DNA of 60,176 bases, taken from the IMG/VR virus record IMGVR_UViG_3300027805_000002, one strand, 5' to 3'. The notes below the pieces were generated by a model, which did not search any database, had not been told where the DNA came from, and was given only the letters and a program-made list of their open reading frames with translations. Made by a program: the position numbers and the translations under genes. The first letter of the stretch is position 1. Each line of letters starts with the position of its first letter. Positions 16,241 through 25,484 of this stretch are shown here, piece by piece. The DNA comes from a virus.

Positions 16241-18673
16241 ATGTGGTTCACGCCGCTGCTGCAAGGCGCCGCGCAGCAGCAGTCTGGCGGCACCGGGCTA
16301 TTCCTGCGCAACGTCTCAAACCGCTACTACACAAGCGGGACGCTACCGTGTGAGAAGCCCACCAACACGCAAGCCACCGACGTTCTTGTTGCCGTACTAA
16401 CAAGCTCTTGGAACGTCGCAACAGTTACCGCCCCCAGTGGATGGACCAACATCCCGGGCGCTACATTCAACTCCGCAACGGGCCACATACGCGCCTTCTG
16501 GGCGCTTGGCTCCGTAATCGATCCAACATTTTTTGCCAGTGAAACAGGCGGCGCCACAACTGTCGCCATCTTCGCATTTGCGGGAGCGGACAACACAAGT
16601 CCAATCAGAAGCGCCGCGACGAACTCCACCACAGGAACGTCGATTGAGGCCCCTTCTGTAAACGCAAACGCGGGCGACTCCCTGATCCACGTTTGGTACA
16701 ACTGGCAGGGCGAAGTCTCGAACGTCGTGTCCCCCGGCGTGGGAGTTGTTGACCGACTCAGCATCAGCTACGTCACCCGCCGCATCTACTCGACGGTAGA
16801 GAACCTAGCCATCACGGGCGCCACCGCCGCGCAAACGCGCAGCGCACCAAACTTCGAAGGCAAGCGTGCGGTCACCATCGCCATCGCGGCGGCGCCCACC
16901 GGCCAGACGATCTACCGCCCCACCAGCGACATCACCACCACCGGCTGGACCGCATCGAGTGGCGCTGTCCTCTACGACATGATTGACGAGTCGGTGGCCT
17001 CTGACGCCGACTACATCTCAAGCCCCGCACTGGGAGCCTCTACCGGCCCCGCCACCTTCGGCATCGGCAGCGTGCCCGCAGGCTCCTACACGGTCTCTCT
17101 ACGCGCCCGTGAGACGGCGCCTGATGGTGAAGTTCGAGTGGTGATGAGGGATGCTGGTGGCACGGCTGTCGGCACTTCGGCTTGGCAGGCTCTCGGCCTC
17201 TCGTTCACCACCTACTCTTTGTCAGTCTCCACAAGTGGCACCGCTGCTCAACTTAGCGTTGAGGTGCAATCTGTCGGTGGCAACGACCCGCAGATTGCGC
17301 CATCCTTGACCGCGTCGCGCATCACAGGCACCGCGCCGCTGGCCGTCCACTTCGACGCCACGGCGACGACCAGCACGCGCACGACCGACGACTGGCGCGA
17401 GATCACTTACGGCTTCAACTACGGCGACGCTGGCTCAGGAACTTGGGCCACAAACGGGCAATCGAAAAACTCTGACTCCGGTGGCCCGCTCGGCGCTCAC
17501 GTCTACGAGACACCCGGCACCTACACGGTCACGCTGACCGCCAATGACGGCACCGGAAGCAGCACCACCACGGCGAGCATCACGGTGGCCGACCCCGACA
17601 CTGTTTACGCCGGCACCAACACCATCTGCATCGACCCCACGGGCGGCACAACGGACGGTCCAGCGGGGTGCCAGTACGTCACCTCGATGCCGACGATCAT
17701 CAGCAATCGCCGCTACCTCATCAAGCGCGGGTCCACCATTGCCGGCTTCACGGTGCCGCGCACGGTCAGCGGGGTGCGCATCGGGGCCTATGGCACGGGG
17801 GCAAAGCCAAGTCTCACAAGTACCTTGGTGTTCAACCAAGGGAATCAGCCAAGCACCGCTCAATGGGTAGAGGACGTGTGTGTCAGTGACCTGAGCCTGC
17901 AAAACGGTACGACGCTTATCCAGTCAGGTCGGCACGTCACCCTGCTGCGTTGCGAAGTCGTGAACACGACAACGCCACTTGACTCCTACTTCTATCTTGG
18001 CGGCGAAACTAAGTTCTGGGCGACTCGCACCGACCAGCCGCCGCTAATCTCGCCATCCGACTTTTTCACTCCTGAATGCGTCGCAATAGTCGATTGTTTA
18101 CAGCGAGGCCAGTTTGCTTCTAGGTCAGGCGCTCTTACTGGAATGTATGGCGGCTACGACAAACTAATTTTCATGGGCAACGATTTTCGCGGGTCTCCAG
18201 AACACAACGTCCGCGTGTACTTGGCGAGGCTCTCTCTTTTACAGCACAACCGTCTTGAAGACAAAACTTTTGACACGGGAAGGCACTGCATCAAGTTGCA
18301 CGCCGGTGGCATTCAAGAGACTTGGGGCCAGATGGGCACGACGTTCAGCCCGAAGTCCTATCAGAACATCATTCGTCGAAACATCTTGGGCGCCGCCGAT
18401 TCCATTTGCGATTGGAGCGTGGCTGTGCGCCCGGAAAATCGCCTTGCCCAAGGAGGCGATCAAGGCTTGGAAGACACCATTGTTGAAGACAACTCGTTTA
18501 TCAATTCGGCCACTAAGACCCTAGACATCGTGGCGGGGCCTGCGAAGAAGACGACAACACGCGGAAACACCCGGGATGACGGGGCAATCCGCATCAATCA
18601 GGACACCGGCACCTATCCTGAGCCCATCCAGTCATCTTGGCGCGGTCCGTATTACGGCCAGTACACGGGATAA
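16241..18673 (+). CDS. tailspike / depolymerase-like protein with a PKD-like domain and a probable beta-helix
   Basis: A PKD-like segment reads TGTAPLAVHFDATAT...GAHVYETPGTYTVTLTANDGTGSSTT. The C-terminal half has a beta-helix-like repetitive pattern. Confidence 0.6.
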   Translation: MWFTPLLQGAAQQQSGGTGLFLRNVSNRYYTSGTLPCEKPTNTQATDVLVAVLTSSWNVATVTAPSGWTNIPGATFNSATGHIRAFWALGSVIDPTFFASETGGATTVAIFAFAGADNTSPIRSAATNSTTGTSIEAPSVNANAGDSLIHVWYNWQGEVSNVVSPGVGVVDRLSISYVTRRIYSTVENLAITGATAAQTRSAPNFEGKRAVTIAIAAAPTGQTIYRPTSDITTTGWTASSGAVLYDMIDESVASDADYISSPALGASTGPATFGIGSVPAGSYTVSLRARETAPDGEVRVVMRDAGGTAVGTSAWQALGLSFTTYSLSVSTSGTAAQLSVEVQSVGGNDPQIAPSLTASRITGTAPLAVHFDATATTSTRTTDDWREITYGFNYGDAGSGTWATNGQSKNSDSGGPLGAHVYETPGTYTVTLTANDGTGSSTTTASITVADPDTVYAGTNTICIDPTGGTTDGPAGCQYVTSMPTIISNRRYLIKRGSTIAGFTVPRTVSGVRIGAYGTGAKPSLTSTLVFNQGNQPSTAQWVEDVCVSDLSLQNGTTLIQSGRHVTLLRCEVVNTTTPLDSYFYLGGETKFWATRTDQPPLISPSDFFTPECVAIVDCLQRGQFASRSGALTGMYGGYDKLIFMGNDFRGSPEHNVRVYLARLSLLQHNRLEDKTFDTGRHCIKLHAGGIQETWGQMGTTFSPKSYQNIIRRNILGAADSICDWSVAVRPENRLAQGGDQGLEDTIVEDNSFINSATKTLDIVAGPAKKTTTRGNTRDDGAIRINQDTGTYPEPIQSSWRGPYYGQYTG

Positions 18674-18676
18674 CAC

Positions 18677-19312
18677 ATGGCAATCACTCTCAGATCAACC
18701 AAAGGGACTCCGCTGTCCTTCAACGAGTTGGACGGCAACTTCAACGACCTCGACGCCCGCACGGCGCAGGGCTGGGCCTCTATTGCGGTCACGCCTGAGG
18801 TGCGACCCAACGACGTGGATGCGCCGCAACTGACTCTGTTCCGTGGCGGCATCTACGAGTACGCCTACTTCCAAGGCCAGTTGTCGAGTGCCTACACCTC
18901 CTTCGCGGTGCCGATGGACTACGCGGCGGGAACAGACTTGCGGGCGGCTGTGCAGTGGAGCCCCGGCAACTTCACCGACAGCGGGTCTGTCCGCTTTGGC
19001 ATGGAGTTCACCTACGCATGGGCCTACGGATCACCGACTGCGCCGACGAACCATGAGTTCACGGTGCCGGCGACGGTGTACACGCAGGCGTCAGGTCATA
19101 CCAACATGACCTATCACCATCACACCAAGTTTTTCGAGACGGTTATCCCGGGCTCCGAGGTGCAGCCGAACATGCGATTTCTGATCCGGTTCTTCCGCGA
19201 CGGCGCAAACCCTCTGGACACCTTCGCCGGGGATGTCTTTGTCACCGGCATCGGCTTCTACTACCAGCGCAACAAACTGGGCCAGCCCAGTTATGAGCCG
19301 CCTTTCGTGTGA
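18677..19312 (+). CDS. hypothetical tail-module protein
   Basis: Track ORF. Confidence 0.45.
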   Translation: MAITLRSTKGTPLSFNELDGNFNDLDARTAQGWASIAVTPEVRPNDVDAPQLTLFRGGIYEYAYFQGQLSSAYTSFAVPMDYAAGTDLRAAVQWSPGNFTDSGSVRFGMEFTYAWAYGSPTAPTNHEFTVPATVYTQASGHTNMTYHHHTKFFETVIPGSEVQPNMRFLIRFFRDGANPLDTFAGDVFVTGIGFYYQRNKLGQPSYEPPFV

Positions 19313-19320
19313 GGTAGATC

Positions 19321-19500
19321 ATGCCGGCATTTCCTCCCGCACCTCCTGACGGCTCCGGGGTCGTCATCGTCACCCTGTCCACCGGGCTGGAACTTCAGGC
19401 TGAGTGGATCGACACCAACTGGTGGGCGCACCTCAACGACAACCCCAACGCAGCGCCGATTGACTCGGCGTATGTCGTGGCGTGGAGGCCGGCGGAGTAA
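19321..19500 (+). CDS. small ORF (59 aa), just below the track cut-off
   Basis: My translation is MPAFPPAPPDGSGVVIVTLSTGLELQAEWIDTNWWAHLNDNPNAAPIDSAYVVAWRPAE. Its codons are G/C-ending. Confidence 0.4.
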   Translation: MPAFPPAPPDGSGVVIVTLSTGLELQAEWIDTNWWAHLNDNPNAAPIDSAYVVAWRPAE

Positions 19501-19503
19501 ACC

Positions 19504-22500
19504 GTGGCCGCTGTATTTCGGGCAATCGGCAACCAGTCTGCGGGCGCAGCCTCGCAGGCGGTCGCGTGGCCGGTTCACGTCGCCGGCGACCTTGGCATTC
19601 TGGTCATCGAGACAGGCGGCGAGGGCACGACCCTTACGCCACCGGCTGGTTGGCTGGCCGTTACCGGATCGCCGGTCACTGACGTAGCGTCAGCCGCCGG
19701 CTCGAAACTTCAGGTCTGGTATCGCTTCGCTGCGAGCGCGGCGGAAGCCAACGTCAACACAGGCGACTCCGGCGACCACCAAGTCGCCCGCATCGTCACG
19801 TTCCGGGGCGTCGATCCGACCACTCCGTTTGATGCGACCCCAGTCACGGGCGTCAAGACGACCGCATCGACCACCGTAACGTGGGACTCGATCACCACCG
19901 TCACTAATGGTGCCCTGATCGTCCTGATCGCCACGCGGCCGGATGACACCACTAGCGTTACGACATTCGGCGCTGTCACCAACGCCAACCTGACCAACAT
20001 CACCGAGCGCGGCGAGGGCGGCAGCAACGCGGGCCACGGCGGCGGCTTTGTCATCGTCACCGGCACCAAGGCCACGGCGGGTGCGACGGGCACCTCTACC
20101 TGCACGACGACAGTCAGCGTCACCAACGCCGAGATCACGATTGCGCTGCGGCCACAGCCGGAAATCCTTCCGCCGCTGCTGCGCTTTGATCGCGTCAACT
20201 ACGTCCGCAACAGCGCGGCTCTTGGATCCGTTACCGGCACCCCCGGCACCGCGCCAAAATATTGGTCGGTCGTCACTGGCGCAGGCATCTCCAGTCAGAT
20301 CGTTGCCAACGGCATTGACGTCAACGGCAGAGAGTACGTTGACATCCGCCTGTTCGGCACTGGCACCGGGTCGTTCGACAACGGCGTCTACATCGAGGAC
20401 ATCGCCCCGGCAGTAATTGGGGATCCTTGGAACGGAAGCGCCTTTGTGTCGCTTGTGTCAGGGACAGTCCCGTCGCAGTTCCAGATCGTTCTGAGAGAAC
20501 TGACTGCCGGCGGCTCCCTTACGGGCGCCATTGGCAATACGTTGTCTGGCATTACTGGTACATCCTCAAGGTATCAGGTCGGACGGGTGCTGGTTGGCGG
20601 CGCAACCACTCGTGCCGCGCTTTGGCTGCAATGCTCAATCACCAACGCGCAGTCAATAGACTTCACGTTCCGGGTTGCGGGTCCGCAGTTGAGTTATGGC
20701 TCAACCTCCACCCAGACATATGCCGCCACCTATGACGTAGTTCTCCCGCGCCAGTTCCACACGCCCACGGTCACGCAGTCGGCTGCAAGTCAACAGATTG
20801 CGCCGGCCCTGCTAAGCGAGGGCAATACCCTCTACACGCCGACAGCCACTCCGGGCGCCGTATCGAGAACGCCTGCGCTGCTGACCGAAACCAGCACGCT
20901 CTACACCCCGAGCGTCTCCGCAGCCGCGCCAACCCAGAGCATTGCGCCCGCGCTGCTCAGTGACGGTGACACGCTCTACACGCCGACATCGGCGGCGACG
21001 TACTCGGTTGCGCCTGCGCTGCACACGAACACCAGCACGCTCTACACGCCTAGCCGCTCTACTGCTTACAGCGTTGCGCCGAGCCTGCACACGAACAGTT
21101 CGACGCTGTACACGCCTTCGGTAGCGCCAACGACGAGTGTTGCCCCTGCGCTGCTGACTGACGGCGACACCCTCTACGCGCCAACTGCAACGCCCGGAGC
21201 AGTCTTTGCCGCGCCGGCATTGCTGGCTAGTTCCACGGTCCTCTACACGCCCAGCAGGACTACATCGGTCAGCGTCCAGCCAGCGCTGCACACCAACACC
21301 AATACTCTGTACACGCCGACTGCGGCGTCAAAGGTATCGGTAGCCCCGGCTCTTCTGTCGGACGGCGACACCCTCTATGCGCCGACCAGTTCAGTCGGCC
21401 CGGTGTCGGTCACGCCGTCGTTGCTGACGAATACCTCGACGCTGTACACGCCTTCGGTGTCGACGGGTGCGGCGCCGCCTCAGAGCGTCACGCCGAGCCT
21501 GTACACGAACACCAGCGTCTTGTACACGCCTACGAGCACGACCGCGTACTCGCTGGCCCCTGCGCTTCTCACCAACGCATCCACGCTGTACGCCCCCACG
21601 TCAGTCCCGGGGTCGGTGAGCCGGGTGCCAAGCCTGCTGACCAACACCAGCACGCTGTACAACCCCACGAGTGCGGCAACCTACTCGGTCCAGCCGTCGC
21701 TGTACTCGAACACTCCGACGTTCTACACGCCGTCTGTCGCGTTCGACCTGAGGGTTCAGATCTCGTGGATCGAGATCACCCCGATACAGGGCGTCAACAT
21801 TGCGCCACTGCTGCTGTCAAACGGCAACACGCTGTATGCGCCGACGTCGTCTGTTGGCCCGGTCTCTCGTACACCGGATCTGCTGACCAACACCAGCGTT
21901 CTGTACGCGCCCACGACGGCGCTGACCTACTCGCTGACCCCGGCGCTGCTGTCGGACGGAGACACGTTCTACACCCCAACGGTGTACACGTTCGGTTCGC
22001 TGGCGCCAGCCCTGCTGACGAACACCAGCGTCCTGTACACGCCGACGCGGACCACGGGGCCTGTCAGCCGCACTCCGGCCCTGCTGACCAATACGTCGGT
22101 CCTGTACACGCCGACGACTGTCTATGTCGTGCCCCCGGCGCTGCTGACGAACAGCAACGCCCACTACGCGCCGACTGTCAGGCCGACTACCGCTGTAGCG
22201 CCGGCACTGCTGACCAATACCAGCACGCTGTACGCGCCTACCCGGTCGGCAACCGTATCTGTGGCCCCGGCGCTGTTGAACAACAGCAGCACCCTGTACA
22301 CGCCTACGCGGTCCACAACCGTCTCCGTCGCGCCCGCACTGCTCACGGACGGCGACACGCTGTACACGCCTGTCGTCTCCGACATCAAACTCGTAGCGCC
22401 GGCTCTGCTGACGAACTCGTCGGTGGTCTACGTCCCGACAAGAACCGCGGGGCCGGCCAGTCGGCAGCCGGATCTTCTTGGCAATGCAAGTGCGCTTTAT

Positions 22501-22983
22501 GTGCCCGGCCGCACAACGGGGCCCGTCAGCCGCGCGCCAGCCCTTTACGTAGACCCAGACGTTATTCCGGCGCCAATTGTCACGGCCGGTCAACAGCGGT
22601 CCCCGGCGCTGCTTTCAAACACCAGCAACCTATATCCCGCATCAAGCTCTGCAAGTTACTCGATATACTTTGCCGATTATGTAGTATCTGGGTATTGGGA
22701 CCCTGATTACTCTTCGACCGTCGGTGTTAGCTCAAATACATTCTTCTCGCCCACCATCGGCGGCCTTTATAGCGCCTACATAGATTCGCTAGTAAACGGC
22801 TCAAACATATACGCCCCATTCGCATTCTTCCCCGGCATCCCATCTGCGCTTGTGGTTGTCTTGGGGCCGCCACTCAAATCGGTCAGTGTAGATGCAGGCC
22901 CCCCCGCGGCCGCTGCTATCCGGGACACTGTCGGCGTCGATGTTCCGGCGTACGAGAAGGGCGTCCATGTGCCAACTGCATGA
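19504..22983 (+). CDS. tail fibre built largely from about 35 tandem ~22-aa repeats
   Basis: GTG start after a GGAG SD. The repeat consensus is PALLTNTSTLYTPT-x7-8. Confidence 0.65.
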   Translation: MAAVFRAIGNQSAGAASQAVAWPVHVAGDLGILVIETGGEGTTLTPPAGWLAVTGSPVTDVASAAGSKLQVWYRFAASAAEANVNTGDSGDHQVARIVTFRGVDPTTPFDATPVTGVKTTASTTVTWDSITTVTNGALIVLIATRPDDTTSVTTFGAVTNANLTNITERGEGGSNAGHGGGFVIVTGTKATAGATGTSTCTTTVSVTNAEITIALRPQPEILPPLLRFDRVNYVRNSAALGSVTGTPGTAPKYWSVVTGAGISSQIVANGIDVNGREYVDIRLFGTGTGSFDNGVYIEDIAPAVIGDPWNGSAFVSLVSGTVPSQFQIVLRELTAGGSLTGAIGNTLSGITGTSSRYQVGRVLVGGATTRAALWLQCSITNAQSIDFTFRVAGPQLSYGSTSTQTYAATYDVVLPRQFHTPTVTQSAASQQIAPALLSEGNTLYTPTATPGAVSRTPALLTETSTLYTPSVSAAAPTQSIAPALLSDGDTLYTPTSAATYSVAPALHTNTSTLYTPSRSTAYSVAPSLHTNSSTLYTPSVAPTTSVAPALLTDGDTLYAPTATPGAVFAAPALLASSTVLYTPSRTTSVSVQPALHTNTNTLYTPTAASKVSVAPALLSDGDTLYAPTSSVGPVSVTPSLLTNTSTLYTPSVSTGAAPPQSVTPSLYTNTSVLYTPTSTTAYSLAPALLTNASTLYAPTSVPGSVSRVPSLLTNTSTLYNPTSAATYSVQPSLYSNTPTFYTPSVAFDLRVQISWIEITPIQGVNIAPLLLSNGNTLYAPTSSVGPVSRTPDLLTNTSVLYAPTTALTYSLTPALLSDGDTFYTPTVYTFGSLAPALLTNTSVLYTPTRTTGPVSRTPALLTNTSVLYTPTTVYVVPPALLTNSNAHYAPTVRPTTAVAPALLTNTSTLYAPTRSATVSVAPALLNNSSTLYTPTRSTTVSVAPALLTDGDTLYTPVVSDIKLVAPALLTNSSVVYVPTRTAGPASRQPDLLGNASALYVPGRTTGPVSRAPALYVDPDVIPAPIVTAGQQRSPALLSNTSNLYPASSSASYSIYFADYVVSGYWDPDYSSTVGVSSNTFFSPTIGGLYSAYIDSLVNGSNIYAPFAFFPGIPSALVVVLGPPLKSVSVDAGPPAAAAIRDTVGVDVPAYEKGVHVPTA
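20797..22665 (+). repeat. Degenerate ~66-bp in-frame tandem repeat array inside the tail-fibre gene
   Basis: The motif (A/S)P(A/S)LL(T/S)(N/D)(T/G)(S/D)TLYTP(T/S) recurs throughout. It is interrupted once by FDLRVQISWIEITPIQGVNI. Confidence 0.8.
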
Positions 22984-23037
22984 CACTTCAGCTAGCAGAC
23001 CAAATACAATGAAGTCGCCTGTCCTCCGGAGATAGAT

Positions 23038-23319
23038 ATGGGCATTCTTGGCAAGTTTGTGAAACAGCCCGCTGATGTTCAAGATTACGATTTTGACTTC
23101 AACGAATATTTATCTAGCCAGTCAGATACGGCGGCCTCGCACACCGCGGTCGCAGATTCAGGCATCACAGTCCTCTCATCAAGCATGACGTCCGGCGTGG
23201 TCAAAGTTTTCCTTGCTGGCGGCCTCGACGGCAGTCAGTACAAGGTTACTGCGACCGTTACCACAAATGGGGGCCGCGTGAAGCAAGGGGAAATTGTTGT
23301 AAAAATCAAAGAGGTTTGA
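23038..23319 (+). CDS. fibre-tail adaptor-like small beta protein
   Basis: The pattern KQPADVQDYDFDFNEYL...VKVFLAGGLDGSQYKVTATVTTNGGR...IVVKIKEV matches a common small phage tail-associated family. Confidence 0.45.
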   Translation: MGILGKFVKQPADVQDYDFDFNEYLSSQSDTAASHTAVADSGITVLSSSMTSGVVKVFLAGGLDGSQYKVTATVTTNGGRVKQGEIVVKIKEV

Positions 23320-23324
23320 TTGCC

Positions 23325-23594
23325 ATGGAATCTCAGGTCGTTTTCAACGTAGCGGTAGCAATATCTGGCGCTTTAGGGGGATGGGTTTTGAAGGTAATTT
23401 GGGATGCCATCCGGACCCTCGACACAGATGTCAAGCAACTCGGCAAAGAGATGCATAACGATTTTGTTCGTCGAGAGGATTTCAAAGAAGCCACACAGGA
23501 CGTCAAGGCCGATATGAAGGAAGGGTTCCGGCGGGTGGAAGAAATGCTCGGCGCGGTCTTCAAGCGCCTTGACAGCAAGGTAGACAAGCCGTGA
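23325..23594 (+). CDS. hypothetical membrane-anchored coiled-coil protein
   Basis: An N-terminal TM segment (VAVAISGALGGWVLKVIW) is followed by a charged helix. Confidence 0.45.
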   Translation: MESQVVFNVAVAISGALGGWVLKVIWDAIRTLDTDVKQLGKEMHNDFVRREDFKEATQDVKADMKEGFRRVEEMLGAVFKRLDSKVDKP

Positions 23595-23827
23595 TCCCAG
23601 CCCTGCCGGCGGACAAAGCCAACCATTTCGTGTATGGCTCGCTTGTGGCCCTTGTTGGGCTACTGCTCGGCGTCCTGCCGGCGGCTGTAATGGTGCTCGC
23701 TGTAGCGTTCGGCAAAGAGATATTCGATCTGGCAACAGCACGCGGCACGCCTGACGGCCTTGATGCGCTGGCGACCGTGGCCGGCGGCGCGGCGGTGGTG
23801 GCCCCAGTCCTGCTGAGGTCCTTGTGA
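23591..23827 (+). CDS. hypothetical small membrane protein
   Basis: GTG start overlapping the preceding stop. Two or three hydrophobic segments are present. Confidence 0.45.
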   Translation: MIPALPADKANHFVYGSLVALVGLLLGVLPAAVMVLAVAFGKEIFDLATARGTPDGLDALATVAGGAAVVAPVLLRSL

Positions 23828-23867
23828 TCAGCAAGCGCGAGTGCTTTGGCTTTAGGAGGCGCGTGCC

Positions 23868-25484
23868 GTGACAGTACTTCGCGTTGCGCAGTTTGGTGGC
23901 GAGAACCGCGCCGCAAATCCCAAGCTGCTCCCGGAGGGGCTTGGCACCGTATCCACAAACCAAAAGCCCGGGCGCGGCGACCTCCGGCCATGGAAGTCGC
24001 CATCGACTGTGGCCACCATCCCGGCCGGCAGGGCGACGATCTATCGCTTGGGGCGCGACCTAACGGACGACACCCGTTATTGGCACAGCTGGACCACAAC
24101 TGTTCACGCCGTTCGCGGCTTCGACCTCGACGACACCACAGAGCGTACCTACTACTCTGATGGCACTGCGCCGAAGGTGATCAACAACCTCACCCTTGAC
24201 GGCACTGACCCTCAAGACAACCCTGCGGCGCCTAAAACGCTTGGCGTGCCGGCCCCAGCCTCCGCCCCCAGCGTCACTGGGTCAAACGGGAGCGCGACTA
24301 CAACCGAGTCGTACTTCTATGTCTACACCTACGTCAATACGCGTGGTGAGGAAAGCGCTCCGTCCCCGGTGTCCTCCATGGTCACCCGAACCATTGACGG
24401 CTCAACCTCGATCACCGGCTTTTCTGCGCCGCCCTCCGGCACGTACGAGTCGATCACCTTGATCCGGATCTACCGCACGCAGTCCACCTCGACAAGCGGC
24501 GCGGACTTCTTCTTCCTTCGCGAGATCGCGGTTGGCACAACCACTACGACAGACGACAACCGGGCCCTCGGGGAGACGATCGCCACCACGACTTGGCTGC
24601 TGCCGCCAACTAACCTGACGTTTCTGAAAGCACTATGGAATGGGATGTTGGCCGGCATCAGCGGCAATGGCGTCAGATTCTGTGAGCCCTATGTGCCGTA
24701 CGCATGGCCTGTGGCGTACGAGGTTCTCCCCCCTGACAGCAAGGCCGTTGCGCTCGGCGTCTTCGGACAACAGCTGTTGGTTCTGACCACCGGCAGGCCG
24801 CTGCTGGTGTCGGGCTCATCCCCCGAGTCTATGGATCAACAGCTGTTGGAGGTCCCGCACGCCTGCGTGGCCCCCAAGTCCGTGGTCAGCATGGGGTACG
24901 GCGTTGCTTGGGCGGCCGCCGACGGTCTGGTGTTCTATGGCTCTGGAGGGGCCAAACTACTAACGGCCGGCGTCATGACAAGGGAGGACTGGCAGGCAAT
25001 CGTGCCGTCCACCATCGTGGGCAGCTTCCATGAGGGCCTGTACTTCGGCAGCTACACAGTTCTTGGGACCACCAAGGCTTTCATGATCGACCCACAGAAC
25101 CCGCAGGGCATGCACTTCCTGAGCGCGGGCTACCCGGCCACCTACTACGACGACCTCCTTGACCAGCTGTATGTGCTGAACGGCACCAGCATTCAGAAGT
25201 GGGATGCCGGCTCAGCGATGACCTACGTCTATCGGTCGAAGACCTTCCATCAGCCTCATGCGGTGAACTTCGCCTGTGCTGAGGTGGTGGCAGATTCATA
25301 CCCTGTGACCTTCAGGCTCTATGCGGACGGGGCCCTCAGGCACACACAGACGGTGACTTCACAGACCCCGTTCCGCCTCCCCTCGGGGTTCCGCGCCCAC
25401 GACTGGCAGCTGGAAGTCGAAGGCACAGCTGCTGTGCAGATGGTCGCTATTGCGTCCTCAGTTGAGGAGTTGGCAGCCATATGA
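23868..25484 (+). CDS. tail structural protein (beta-propeller-like repeats)
   Basis: AGGAGG SD with a GTG start. The motif YFYVYTYVNTRGEESAPSP is common in podovirus tail proteins. Confidence 0.55.
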   Translation: MTVLRVAQFGGENRAANPKLLPEGLGTVSTNQKPGRGDLRPWKSPSTVATIPAGRATIYRLGRDLTDDTRYWHSWTTTVHAVRGFDLDDTTERTYYSDGTAPKVINNLTLDGTDPQDNPAAPKTLGVPAPASAPSVTGSNGSATTTESYFYVYTYVNTRGEESAPSPVSSMVTRTIDGSTSITGFSAPPSGTYESITLIRIYRTQSTSTSGADFFFLREIAVGTTTTTDDNRALGETIATTTWLLPPTNLTFLKALWNGMLAGISGNGVRFCEPYVPYAWPVAYEVLPPDSKAVALGVFGQQLLVLTTGRPLLVSGSSPESMDQQLLEVPHACVAPKSVVSMGYGVAWAAADGLVFYGSGGAKLLTAGVMTREDWQAIVPSTIVGSFHEGLYFGSYTVLGTTKAFMIDPQNPQGMHFLSAGYPATYYDDLLDQLYVLNGTSIQKWDAGSAMTYVYRSKTFHQPHAVNFACAEVVADSYPVTFRLYADGALRHTQTVTSQTPFRLPSGFRAHDWQLEVEGTAAVQMVAIASSVEELAAI

